DNA of 64,000 bases from Camelus dromedarius (Eukaryota): positions 108,130,001-108,194,000 of the forward strand of contig NC_087437.1 in the NCBI RefSeq assembly GCF_036321535.1, given 5' to 3'. The position numbers and the translations under genes were made by a program. Below, piece after piece: positions 12,851 to 25,499 of the stretch (its first letter is position 1; every line of letters begins with the position of its first letter). The notes under the pieces are model-generated. The model was not told where the DNA came from. It was given only the letters and a program-made list of their open reading frames with translations, and searched no databases.

Positions 12851-15229
12851 TTGTGAGTTTTTTAAAGGAAAAGTTAAGTAGAGATGTGAGGAAGAAGCAA
12901 GAAAGAACCATGAAACTAAATATAGCAAAAATTTCTATTAACAATAAGATTTTGAGTATCATTTTAGTGTTGTATTATTGTTGTTTTATTGAGATTTAGT
13001 CATTTTAATTCAACAGCAAAATCCAATAGCATTTGAAATTTACCAGAACTACAAAGAAACAAAGAATAGAACATAAATATGCTAGGGCATTTAATAAGTT
13101 ATTCCACATGCTCATGCCTGAGTCTAAGTTGTTTTATAGGAAATTGTCATACCACCTATTTACAAACAGTAAGTCATTCCCATAGCTTTTGTTCCATGGC
13201 TAGACCTTCACAGTACATGATTATTTCCAATTATTTCATCTCTACAGTCAAATATAAATATAATGATTATATTTACTTAACCAGTTACTGAAAGAACAAA
13301 AATATGTAACTTACTTGAATATTACAAAATATAACTCATAAATCCATAATATGTATTAGTTGTTTTTATAATATACACAGTCAATTTTTATAAATGACTC
13401 AAGATTTTCAGTGGAAATGCATTTACATTAGGTGCCTTTTAAAAATAAATTATTTCAACCTTGTGAGATATTACACTAAGGGGGATACTCATTCAGCTTT
13501 TTTATCATTGCCTATCTATTTTTTATTGCTCTACTTTTCTTTGGGTGGTATATGGAGAAAACTTGAAAGCTGTTTTCCAAGTGGCAACATCCCATATCTT
13601 AGCTTGCTTTGATGTTGGCACTGGGCTTGTCGCATGGTCATGTTACTCTTCAAGATTTTCGCAGCATCAGTTTTCATGACTAACCCTTGATTAAAATAAT
13701 CTCATGGTTTTAACTATAATATTGGGGAATAAACTTGTAACTATTTTAACATAAAATGTTTTATTTTAATGTCAGGCATGGGTGTTGTCTGAGATGTCTG
13801 TGTCTTTTTCAACTGATGCTAGAGACTGACCATGAAGACTGTGAGAGACAGGAAACAGCTCCCCACGCTCCATTACAATTTTTTTCTCACCATGAAAGAC
13901 ATAGTCAGGGAAGGGATTTAACAGAAAATAGAAGAGAATAGCACTGGAGTTTTTACCTAATTATTTTATAATTAAAAAGAGAAGGAAAGAAAAATTTTAA
14001 TTGCAGGAAACTCAAAAATGAATCATGTCAAGCCTTGTCTAATTTGGGGAGAAGAGAAAGGAGTAGGGAAATGAGAATAAATGAAACTTTCTAGTTCTCT
14101 CCTGATTGGAGGAGTTATTTTTTGTAATCAGTGATTTCATAGAGTTCTACCTATCAGTTTAATAAACTCAATACTTAAGAAAGGTCATGAAATATTTCAT
14201 TTAAAATAATTTTGGTGCTAGTGTTTCCTTCTTGTTAAGTTTGGTTAAGCCTACATTATATTTCATAATAAAATAATGACTGATGAGCAACAAACATCAC
14301 ATATATCCTGTACTGAAGATGCCTAAGTCAAAGAAATCCATTTCTATGATGACTTTGTGTTTGAAAACAAAATTTAGTTATAAATTATAAGAGGAAAGAA
14401 CAAGTTTATTTGAATTAATTACTATTATAAGTAATCCATCTCTAACTGGAGCTAAAAGAAATAAAATTTGAATGAGTAAGAACCAGAATATTAGAATCAC
14501 TTTAATAAAATCTAATTTAATTATACAGTGCCTTGATTTTTATTATGTCAATACCTCATTTTCTACCAGAAGTCCCAAGAAATCTTTGCACATTACTGAA
14601 TTTCATTTTGCCTCTAAGTGCTAGAGGCAATATGCAAAATTTGCTCTATTCAGATTTTAAATTCCCCTGTATTCTTTTTTTTAACCCCTGAAGATTTTAG
14701 TTGTATACAGACATAGTACACATATTGGGAAATACCTTGATAATTCAAAATGGACAATATGAACCCCAATAATTGAAGTGTGCTTCATGTAGTTCTGTTT
14801 TTAAGGTCTTTTGAAGTATGTTATTTACCTCTCTGATAAGTATAAGAAACCTCTACATTGTATAGCATTTCTGTTTCTCTCCTATGTGTGTCCTTTTTTT
14901 CCTTTTCTTGAAATCCTTTGTTTTAATTTCATGTCTAATAGAAATAAATCTGAGTTATATAGAGGTAAACGATATAGCACATACACACACTTAATCCCAA
15001 ATGATGCTTTTATATTGAAACACTTCTGTAGAGAGAATATCTAAAGCATAAGTCACTAAGGCAAACAATTGACACTAGTATTGATTTCATTTGCACAGAC
15101 TGTTGGAGCAGGGGCCATGGGCCTTGGTGGGAAACAAGAATGGGCTTGGGCTGTTCAAGGAGGGAAGGAAGGCCTATGAGGTTCTCACCACTTGTAACCA
15201 TGTAGATGAGATTCCTCAATTTCTTTTTT

Positions 15230-15361
15230 TTTCAGAATAGGGAATTCTGTGTATTAAAGATAAATCATTCTAATTTAAATTTTGATTCCTTTTATGAGCC
15301 AAAACAACACACATCTATGTGGTTCATATGGCCTGCAGGCCACCAGTATTTTGACCCCTAG
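15230..15361. mobile_element. hAT non-autonomous transposon end (MER45-like)
   Basis: 'ccaaaacaacacacatct...ggcctgcaggccaccagtattttgacccctag' resembles a MER45-type terminus. Confidence 0.55.
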
Positions 15362-15759
15362 TTTAGGCAACAAAAATGAGAGAAGTCGATTTGGATGATG
15401 TTGAAAACAGCGATGCTTCTGCATGGGGGGAAGGGACATCCCCAAGGTGACATTTTGTTGGAAAGGAGTGGAGGGGGAACTCGGCTTTGAGCTTTCTTTG
15501 CATATGTAGCATACTGTTTACACTTAGGTTGAATAATCTCAGTTTAGCTGGGAAGTGAGTCTCTGATGGCAATTTAGGATATATGTGAATTTTGAATAGC
15601 TATCCCTTGGTCTGTGTCTCATACACTGTCCTGTTCTGCAAATAAGAACCATGCTGGTTCAATGAGTAGTCTAATTTTATAGACTATGTTAAGACAGTAC
15701 AGCCTGAAGGAGCCTCCTGTCTTTCTTTACAGACAAATGAAATGTAATGAAAGTTCTGG

Positions 15760-15875
15760 AAGCTTACCATTGATTAACTCTGTTGTCTTGCCAAAGTCAT
15801 TTACCCTATCTGGCTTTTGTTACTTCATTTTTAAAATGAGGAAGTTTTACCAACAATAGTTCTAGAGTCCCCTCT
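15760..15875 (+). mobile_element. MIR fragment
   Basis: Core-like 'cttgccaaagtcatttaccctatctggc...ttcatttttaaaatgagg'. Confidence 0.55.
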
Positions 15876-16799
15876 TAAACATACATTTTTATGACAAACT
15901 TTTGATCGGATTTAATACATATTTTTGAAGCAATTACTGCAGAAGAAAAGTAATAATTTTGATGGCTTGCTAATTAATGTAAGCTAAAAGTCAGTCTAAA
16001 AATCTTCACACGTCTTAAGAGTCTATCTGAAAATAGTCACAATTGCAAATGATGTTGCCATGTAGAAGACACTTCGCCTATGCCAGTTCGCTCATGCTGC
16101 TCTGTTTACACTCCCAAATGTAACACATCCAATAACAGAAAAGTGTTACGTATTGAACTACCCAATACTCATTAAATTTTTGCCAAAGTAGCATTTTTAA
16201 GTGACTGACCCACCCCCATTGAATTTTTTTTTTTCAAATAATTCCCTCACTTGGATCACAAGCGACAACCAGCCAGTGGAAATTTTTGCAAAACTCTTGG
16301 CTCTCTGTGCTAACCTAATAGCAGATGGCTATTTCCCCACTACAGATGAAACAAATGTTTCTCTTTGGATAGATTTTCCCATTAAACAAACTTTTGCCAT
16401 TGAAATCTATGTTTAGATTTGGGCAGTTGGGACATCACCAAGTTAAATAGATGCTTGCTGAAGTATCTGTTTTATTTTGCTGATTCAGAAACATGTTAAT
16501 TGTTCTGTGAATTTAGCAACAATCATCAAGTATTACTTTAAAGTAATTACTTTGTCAAAAGGTGGTACTTCTAATGTTTGATTTTTTTGGCTCATGAAGT
16601 AGACTTCAATCTTGTGAAAATTCCTTAAACTATCTACGTTTCTTTTTCCTGAATACGAATGAATCATTTTCTTTTTTGTGTGTGTGTGACCATGACACTC
16701 TGGTCAAAATTTGCCCAAAGAGAAATCCAAGACCAGCAAAACACATCACTGTTGCTAAATGGAAAAGAAAAAAAAAAAAAAGGATTTTTAAAAATTTCT

Positions 16800-16915
16800 T
16801 ACCTCTATTTTGAGCAACTTGCCCCTTCTTGATCTCAGTTTCCTGTGTGTGAAATGATGAGTTTGCATGAGACGATTTCCAGTCTCTCCAGCCGTAAATT
16901 ACTAGGACTCTGTGA
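16800..16915 (+). mobile_element. MIR fragment
   Basis: Core-like 'tctcagtttcctgtgtgtgaaatga'. Confidence 0.6.
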
Positions 16916-17388
16916 CCCCATTTCCAAATCTTACTAAGCTAATTTACCACAGATGCACTCTCGTCCAGCGTCAATGCCAATACACATCAGCACTGAGAAA
17001 CAGCGAAGAAGAAGCTAAATGTTCTTGATGGTGCAAACAGACACTGATATAAAGGAAAGCACAGTTAAGTTCTCATTAGGTATAACTGGATTTCTCCCAT
17101 CATTCTTTTTGTTGCCTCTTACATGTAAGGTTGGAATTCTTCCCTAACCTCCGTGTATTATCTCCATTCTCTGTTCCATCCTAACTTAATTCTTCATCGT
17201 CAGGTGTATTCAAAAGATTCAGAGGGACTGAGTGGGGAAAAGCACCAGGCTGAGCGGAGTAGTACTTGCCCTTCTCCAAGCCTTGACTCCTTCCTCTCCT
17301 GACCCTAATACTCAGATTCCCTGTCTGTGGTTCTAAGGCATATGGCAGTTTAGGGATCAGTGTGGTTACAAACTAAGAATAAAAAGAC

Positions 17389-18368
17389 CTGTCGGAAATA
17401 CTGCTTATTTTTTGCTTACAACATATTAATTCCCTCCTTTTCCCTTATTAATAAACCATATCATGCAACAATATGCCCAGCTTCATAAAATTAATCTAAC
17501 TCAATCAAGATAACCCTGTGTCCTTCAGAGAACTATGAAATTTGCCAATCTCCCTTGCCCTGAGATTTGGGCCAATTTGGACTATACAAATTAAAGGTAC
17601 ATCTGCTGGAGGACTTTATCTGTCTTGGTAAGAGAATCATGATTAGTGTATTACACTTTTCTCTTATCTTGACGCCTGGCACTGGAGTTGTCATGTTGCA
17701 ATCATAAAGAAAGACCAAAAAAATTTAAAAAATTAAAAAAATAAAGACTAGAGAAGCAGATATGCAGAAGTCCTAACATTATTGAATGGCTGAACAAAAA
17801 CCTTAGCAGCTAATAATATCTAGTCTTGTCATATGGGAGAAAATGAAGATATTTATTTATTTATGGCAAATGAGGTGATGGGATGTCTGTATCCCCCCTT
17901 CAAGATCGAAGGATTGATTCTACCAGCTGCTAAAACGAGTATGAGCTGACATCTCTCGGCTGTCAAGCTCTCTTCCGGAATCGTGTCTGCTGAAGAACAC
18001 CTCCTTGCTGAGGAGACGTCCCCTTGCCAGAGAAGCCCATACCCAGTGCCTGGCTGATGTGAGTGCACATACCTGGGTATCTCCCTTCAGCACAGGATAA
18101 CTGTCTCTGAAGAGTGGTCCCATGTGTGGAGCTCCCCACAAGTTCAGCTGAGGTCTTGTTATAAATAATCTTAGCCCAACTCTCTCTCTCCAGAGTCTTG
18201 CTTTCTTCACATCCCCTAAGTTGATCTTTCTGAGAACACTCCTTCTAAAAACTTCTGATGCTAGTCTCTGTCTCTAACTGGCTTCTGACAAAACCCAAAT
18301 TGCTATATTGTTTAATCCAATGTTAGATTTTCTGTGACTTGCAGAAGTAAATTATTCCTAATTTATAC
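17389..18368 (+). mobile_element. Old MaLR LTR (MLT1-like) interrupted by an ERVL LTR
   Basis: MLT1-like body up to ~17870 resumes at ~18305 ('tattgtttaatcca...ttctgtgacttgcag...cctaatttataca'). Confidence 0.6.
17871..18304 (+). mobile_element. ERVL solo LTR (LTR16-like)
   Basis: 'gctgacatctctcggctg...gcccatacccagtgcctggctgatgt...gagctccccacaagttcagctgagg' matches LTR16-type motifs as I recall them. Confidence 0.65.
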
Positions 18369-18469
18369 ATGAGTATATAGAGACAATTGGAAGACTGGTG
18401 AGATGCTCCTTAAATAGAAACCACTAGGTGAAACTAACATTTTTAGACCCTAACAAAAGAGACTTTGTA

Positions 18470-18780
18470 GTGTGATAGAAAACTCACCACTTTCACAGAG
18501 GTAGAGTTCAAACCCATACTTAATCTCTTAACCAGCAAGGTATATTTATGCAAAATATTTAAACCTCTCTAAGTCTCATTTTCCTCAAATGTTAAGTAAA
18601 ATAATAATAGCTTTTTGATTATTTTATTTTTTGGTGGGTAGTAAGTAGTTAACACATGTCACACATCCAGCACATAAATTGCCCTTGATCACTTTTGTGG
18701 TGAGGATTCAACAAAGTAACAGCTGAATAATATCTGACATATATGGCCCCCAACTCTATAAATAATAGTTATTACTATGA
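18470..18780 (+). mobile_element. MIR fragment(s)
   Basis: 'gagttcaaaccc', 'aacctctctaagtctcattttcctcaaatg', 'gtggtgaggattcaacaaag'. Confidence 0.65.
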
Positions 18781-19824
18781 CATTGATTTCAGAATTGTTT
18801 TCCTAAAATGATACTAGCCCCAAATTACAATTCTAGATGTGATTACCCAAAAGCCTATCTTGTATAAGTAACTCCTTGGCATTTATTAGGTTTCTTCTTT
18901 CAGTGTTCTTTTTAAATGTGTATGTGGTCCAAGGTCCTCACTGGGATTTCTGGGAGTGGCATGAAAGGGAAGATTGGAGAATCTGGCAGTGACAGAGGGG
19001 CTCATTTCAGACCTGTCTCTGGAGTAGTCTCAGAGGAGAGCCAGCAGTCCAGAGTTGCAGGAACAGATCCATGGTGGCCTTGAGTCTCATATGCAAGATG
19101 GCTTTGGATAGTGCACACATGCCACTTCCACCCAAGAGGCTCAGCACCTCTGACTCATGTGCTGATTTTGACCTACACCTGTCCCTTTTATGCATGATGG
19201 CTTTTGAGGAGACACTTGCTCCCCACAACATGTGTGGTTGATTCTGTTTCTATAGCTTTGGGGCACTTTGGGGGAACCTCAGTAACTATTTCCTGATCAT
19301 GGACAGCTTATCAATTTGTTTCTATTCTCCACTGTGCTATGCCTTTAACAGTAAAGACTTAATTCCTCCTTTGAGTTAGAAGGACTGCTTAGTCAAAAGA
19401 TCAAATATTATCTCTCACTCTCAACATTAAAAAAAAAATGTAAGTCAGCATTTCAAGGGCGTAGTTTCTCAAAATTGGGGAAAGAAGTGTTGGAAATGCT
19501 CTTGTAGAATTTTTGGTCAATGAGGTTCATCCATGGCAATTAGCCTGCCTCACTTAACCATATGATTTGCTCATGAACAAAGTCTTTCCCTTCTCTTGAG
19601 GAATTCATGGTCTGGTGGGAAAGTTAATGGTGAAATTCTATGCAGTGAGACTCCCTAAGGGAATGTATCAGGCTTGCCACCTTCAGAATCAGGATGCAGA
19701 AGGGCAGGGTGCCAGCGAAGGTTTATCAAGGTTCTGTTTCTGTTAAGAGCCACAGGTCCTCAGGGAGCAACGTTACTGGGCAGGTTGCTTTTTCAGTCAA
19801 GCTCCAGCTTGATGTCTCTAGAAT

Positions 19825-20322
19825 AGAGATTTCAAACTGGCAACATGAGAGCTGAACCTGGCCCACAGCTATGTTTTATTTGGCTCCTATACTGTTTTAA
19901 AAAATGTTACCAACATTTAAAACTGGGAAATTTCACATAAAAACCCCCAGATTTCTGGTTTCTGCTGAAGAAACTGAAAGATCTGGCAACACTGGGCTCA
20001 CATTCCTATGTGACAACAGTTGGCTAGATGGATGGAATGACTCTCCAACAAGAAAAGAATGTGCTTGTCTGTTTACCACAGTCCCCACCACTCCCTAATA
20101 TTCTTCAATTCTCAACCTGTCAGCTGTCATTTCTCATCATTCATGCAGTTTTACAGTGTAAAGAATTATTTCTTTGTAGAGATCTACAACTTTCTCAAAA
20201 GAGGGATAAAACAGAGAATGAGAGGTCTTCAGGTTAAAAATCAATGAGAGTAGTTCCTTTTAGAGGTGATGAGTAATCACACACATTTAATTCTGTTTAA
20301 TTTAAGCATCTGCCTGGCCCTA
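19825..20322. mobile_element. hAT-Tip100 relic (MER45B-like)
   Basis: 'ccaacatttaaaactgggaaatttcacataaaa...gatctggcaacactgggctcacattcc...cacagtccccaccactcccta'. Confidence 0.75.
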
Positions 20323-20899
20323 AATTAAGGGAAAATCCTCCCTACAATCTGGGGTGTCATAAAAACATTAACTTGATGAAAAGATGATCTTTTCCCTCAT
20401 CACATAATATTGACTTTAGGGTAGGATTTGACATATCGTAAGACCTCAACCACTTAGATGAATGAATAAATTTGAACAGAAAAATACCTAGGATCAAACC
20501 ATTTTCTCATTCCACATAAATTACTCAGATTCTGAGGGAGACTTTCTGTCCTCTAGGGTCTGAAAGAAATGTGTATATTTTAAATCCCTGCAGGGATACT
20601 GACACCTCTCTACCAGCTGAGAACATCAACACAAAATGTTACGCACCTATATTTCCAAAGTGTATCCATCAGTCTTTCACAATATCATCTGATATAGACT
20701 TCAAAGGATATGTCTCGGGACTTTATGCTTTACCTTGTCCTTTCAATTATTTTAAATCAGGAATTAATGAAGACATTGATGATCTGATTAACATATTTAC
20801 TAGGGGGGAAATAATGTCTCCCAACTAGTTCTCAGGCTCAGTGTCCACGTGTACAGTGTTACCCATCTGGAAACCTAGATCCAGGTTCAGCCCACATCA

Positions 20900-21119
20900 C
20901 AGACTCAGATTAAGACAATGTTACATGTAAAAAGAGACATGATTCAACAAGAGAACATTTCAAGCAAAAAATGTGGGGAAAAGCTCACTGTGACTGAATA
21001 GTGTTACAACAATCAAAAAAGCCTAAGTAACCTTAGGGCTTTGTAGAAATATAGAAGCTAGCACCTTCACACCATGCACTTTTCAGATTTTATCCAGTAT
21101 TTAACTTCACTTCTCAGTA

Positions 21120-21164
<45 letters not shown>

Positions 21165-21290
21165 GGGAATGGCAAGATCAGGAATACTGATTTCAACAGC
21201 ATGTCCTATGAAGAATGGTTAAACAAACTCGGACTAATTAAATCAGAACATTGATGCAAAAGCCATGCATATATTTAATTTAAAAGAGGT
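20900..21290 (+). mobile_element. CR1/L3 fragment (very old)
   Basis: 'aaaaaagcctaagtaaccttagggct' and 'tcctatgaagaatggttaaacaaact' resemble the CR1 RT 3' region. Confidence 0.5.
21122..21160. repeat. (GT)19 microsatellite
   Basis: Directly visible. Confidence 0.98.
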
Positions 21291-21387
21291 GATCATGATT
21301 CAATTATTTGAGTCAGCTTCCTCTGTAGATCTAAGAAGTAGAAGTAGTTCTAAAGGATAAATTTTCAGTACGAGAAATACTCTTCTC

Positions 21388-22585
21388 GAGAGAAGCAAGA
21401 TGGCAGAGTAGAAGGATGCTTGTAGCTCACCCTCTCCCACAAATACACCAAAACTCACATCTATGGACCTACTCTGCCAACCAGAGCACCTGCCGAAATC
21501 TGACAGAACATTGCCCTCTTCGAAAGACAAAGATGCCAAAAATCTGGTTGGAGAAAAGGAAAAGTAAAACAGTGCAGGACCAATCCCACAGGGAGAGAGC
21601 GACAAAGGAGGACTGGCACTCGTTTGCTGGGTCTCCCCTCTCCAACAGAGAGGTCAGCGGGACAGAGGGGGAGCCTCTGAGGCTCAGATCTGCCCCGAGC
21701 ACCCCTTGAACAACAGAACTGAGTTAAATGGGCACAGAGTGTCCCCACGACACCCAGCCTGAGATGCGAGCCAGCAGCTGGGGGCCGGGACAGGCCGCCC
21801 GAGCCAGGTGGAGGATGGGGGCGGCTGCATTGAGGCAGCCCCAGGGGACTGCAGGGTGCTGCACACCGTGGCTGGGAGGGGATATGGAGCAGAACCACCT
21901 CAGTCCCTCATAAATTGTGAAAAAAGCAAAGCAACACGGCTGGTGTGCCCTGGAGGGAGGGACATCATAGCCTTTGTCTCCTCAGACCCATGGCGCCATT
22001 ACTGGCACTTCAAGTGAGAAGAGAGGTGGGGCGCAGCCACAGCCACCATCTCCTTCTGTGACCAGCACCTGGGTGGGGTTGGGGCCGATAGGTGAATCAG
22101 CACCTGGGGGCTCTGCAACCTCCTAGGCATTATTTACAGCCCAAGGCAGATGGGATCTTTCTGCCCTGGCACCTCAGAGAACTCACGCCACCAAGAAAAA
22201 CAAGGAGCTGAGATTTGGCACAGAGCAGGGATGGGGCTGTTCAGCAGTCTTCCACAAGCTTGCCTTTGGAGCACTGACCCAAGGTGCAATAGGCAGCTGC
22301 ATAGAGTAGCGGAGCGACTGGCACTGGGAAAGGGTGGGCGGCCACCTGCCTTCCTGGCAGGAATGCAGCACCTGACCACGGTGATGGGAGGGGGTGTGAT
22401 CTGCTAGCCGACAGCCACTGGGAGCAGCACAGACAAGGGCGCCAAAAGAGGGCCTCTGGAAATACCAAGTTGAGTCCACGATATGGGGCGAAGACACAAA
22501 GACCTCTCAATAAAATCATTAAGAGCACACCGTCTCCAGGAGAACTAGATGACTAATACTCCTTAAGCCACAGTGCCAGAGAGAT
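21388..22585 (+). promoter_or_regulatory. L1 5'UTR internal promoter (GC-rich) with YY1-type motif
   Basis: caagatggc at 21396-21404; the longest GC-rich stretch in the window; lies directly upstream of ORF1. Confidence 0.75.
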
Positions 22586-23472
22586 ATGAGCAATATGAAG
22601 AAGCAGAGGAACCACCCCCAATTGAAAGATCAAGAGAAATCCCCTGAAAGCACGATCAAGGAAATAGACACTGATGGCCTACTAGATCAAGATTTCAAAA
22701 AATGAGCGATCAAAGTACTGAAGAAACTAAAAGAAATAGTGTTTAGAGATATAAAATATGTCAAAAATGAAATAGAACTATAAAGAAGAACCAAGTAGAA
22801 TTAGTAAACTTATTTGCTGAGATGAGAGCTGACCTAAAGGCTGCACAAAACAGGCTAGATAATGCAGAGGAACGAATAAGTGACCTAGAAGACAGGACAA
22901 CAGAAAGCACCCAATCAGAACAGCTGAGAGAAAAACAAATAAAAAACAATGAAAACAATATAAGGGACCTATGGGATAATATAAAGCATGCCAATCTACA
23001 CATAATAGGGGTTCCAGAAGGGGAAGAAAGAACAAAGGGGATTGAAAAGGTATTTGAAGAAATCATGACTGAAAACTTCCCAAACCGAAAGAAGGAATCA
23101 GATATCCAAGTACAGGAGTCTCAGAGGGTCCCAAACAGGAAGAACCCAAACAGACCCATAATCAAGATGGCCAGAGTCAAGGAAAAAGAAATGATCCTAA
23201 AGGCAGCAAGAGAAAAACAAAGAGTGAGTTACAAGGGAACTCCCATAAGGCTCTCAGCTGATTTCTTTACACAAATACTACAGGCCAGTAGAGAGTGGCA
23301 AGATATATTCAAAATCCTGAATGAAAAAAAGATGCAGCCTAGGATACTCCATCCAGCAAGGCTATCCTTTAGAATAGAAGGAGAGATAAAGAACTTCACA
23401 GACAAGCAAAAAGTAAAAGAGTTTAGCAACACTAAACCCATGCTAAAAGAAATTTTGACAGGTCTAGTCTAA
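22586..23472 (+). pseudogene. L1 ORF1p (RNA-binding chaperone), disrupted
   Basis: ATG 22586 (MSNMKKQRNH...); in-frame TGA at 22703-22705; 1-nt deletion near 22778; then 216 open codons containing AEERISDLEDR, NLHIIGVPEGEE, ENFPN, YKGTPIRLSADF, PARLSF. Confidence 0.93.
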
Positions 23473-23615
23473 ATAGAAAAGAAGCAGGATGCTACAAAAA
23501 TGAGAAACTCATAACTGGAAAGGAGATAACTGCCATGAGTTACAAAAAGAATAAACACAAAATTGTAAAAGAAGACATCTAAATCATTAAGTGTGGGAGA
23601 GGGAAGCAAGGAAAG

Positions 23616-23985
23616 CCACTGTGGAAAACAGTATGGAGATTCCTCAAAAGACTAGGAATAGACTTACCATATGACCTAGGAATCCCGCTCCTGGGCATAA
23701 ATCCAGAAGGAACCCTACTTCAAAATGACACCTGCACCCCAATGTTCATAGCAGCACTATTTACAATAGCCAAGACATGGAAACAGCCTAAATGTCCATC
23801 AGCAGATGACTGAATAAAGAAGCTGTGGTATATTTATATGATGGAATACTATTCAGCCATAAAAACCAACAACATAATGCCATTTGCAGCAACATGGATG
23901 TCCCTAGAGAATGTCATTCTAAGTGAAGTAAGCCAGAAAGAGAAAGAAAAATACCATATGAGATCGCTCATTTGAGGAATCTTAA
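23616..23985 (+). pseudogene. L1 ORF2p extreme C-terminal remnant
   Basis: Translates [20 protein letters not shown]...TCTPMFIAALFTIAKTWKQPKCPS, with internal stops. Confidence 0.9.
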
Positions 23986-24044
23986 ATACATACATACATA
24001 CATACATACATACATACATACATACATACAAACATACATACATA
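23986..24044. repeat. (ATAC)n microsatellite inside the L1 3'UTR
   Basis: Directly visible. Confidence 0.96.
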
Positions 24045-25499
24045 TGTACAAAGCAGAAACAGACTCATAGACATAGAATACAAACTTGTGGTTGCCAAGG
24101 GGGTGGGGGGTGGGAAGGGACAGACTGGGATTTTAAAATGCAGAATAGATAAACAAGATTATACTGTATAGCACAGGGAAATATATACAAGATCTTGTGG
24201 TAGCTCACAGCAAAAAAAAAATGTGACAATGAATATATGTATGTTCATGTATAACTGAAAAATTGTGCTTTACACTAGAATTTGACACAACATTTTAAAA
24301 TGACTATCACTCAATAAAAAAAAATGTGAAAAAAAAAATACTCTTCTCATAAAGGGATCTGCCCTTCCCACCCTGACCCTTGACCCAAGCAAATAAAATG
24401 GACTGTCTCAAGGAAAATCTTTGTCCTTATTACCCTTTCTGTAGTCAACTGAACCTTAAAGAAGTAACAGATGAGATGAGTAAGAGTCCTTTGGTGCTTA
24501 TTTTATAAATTTTTTTAAATAAGAAAAGTATTTGGTTTCTGGTCTTTTATGCAAATGCAGACAATTGAAGGTTGCCATCACTTTACAGTTGACCTATCTT
24601 GTTTTCATGGACAACTATCATTTTTGGCCTGCTCAGCATTCAAACAGACTTCCTCCTTTTTAGACATTTATCTCCTTGCCATCTGACAGGCTTGGCCAAT
24701 TAGATGCTCCTGTCTAGAACTTTGACTCTGGAATGAGAAATAGAGTCCAGAGTTAAGAAAGTATTCCTAACAGCAGTGCTGGCAGCACTGAGAGCCCTAT
24801 GGTACCAGCAAGCTTCTAAAAGAAGTGTCCCATCTAGATTTCCTTGAACTGTAACCATTCTATGATCTGGTTCCCCAGGCCTCACATCATTTCTGTGCAT
24901 GTCTCCATGTGCTTCTAAGAAATAATTTTACTTCAGAAGTAAACCAGAGTTAATTCTGTCACTTGTAAGCAGTAAGTTGATGCAGCAAAAACATTCATGG
25001 GAGACTACCTTATAGAAGTCAATGCAAATGTATTGATTTACAAGGAGTAAAATTGCAAGGGGTTGGCTTCGGTTACTTATGCCCACCTAAGACATTCTCT
25101 TACAAGAAAAGAACTACTGTAATCTACATGCTAATCAAAAGACGGGGAACACAGAATTCATGAGAGAGTTTTACGACTCACATGGTTACAACTCATAACA
25201 AGATCAAACAGTGGAACTCTAATATATATTTATTCTCTTTAGCAGAACTCTTCTGCTATAGAAGCAAAAGAAAAAGGAAGCAAAAAGTTGGAGTTTCTCT
25301 AAACCTCTCTAAAGATTTGGTGGGCACTATTGATTTCTCTCCCTGACTCTCAGTTTTCAGTATTTCATGACGATGCATTCAGATTGGTTCATTTTAACAT
25401 CAGACTTTTCCCTTTACTGCTTCTTGAGTAATAATGAAGCACATAAATCAAGATTCCTTAATCACCCACTTAGTAGTTGATTTTCCCAAATTCACACTT

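Larger units (their letters stand above)
21388..24335 (+). mobile_element. L1 with intact termini but nearly all of ORF2 missing (5'UTR, ORF1, spacer, ORF2 tail, 3'UTR, poly(A))
   Basis: Perfect 13-bp TSD aaatactcttctc at 21375-21387 and 24336-24348; L1-type start 'caagatggc'; ORF1p homology; jump to the ORF2 PLWKTVWRFL motif at ~23616. Confidence 0.95.

Noticed and set aside
16948..16992. Possible 45-nt minus-strand exon (LMCIGIDAGRECIC)
   Set aside because: Weak donor, unrecognised peptide and no partner exons
21300..22528. Cluster of overlapping 60-145 aa ORFs and a possible host CpG-island promoter
   Set aside because: They lie almost wholly within the GC-rich L1 5'UTR, where stop codons are rare; no recognisable protein. 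An ORF0-like antisense product cannot be supported from sequence alone
22822..23472. Domesticated L1TD1-like gene or intact ORF1
   Set aside because: Upstream stop and frameshift; embedded in a TSD-flanked young L1
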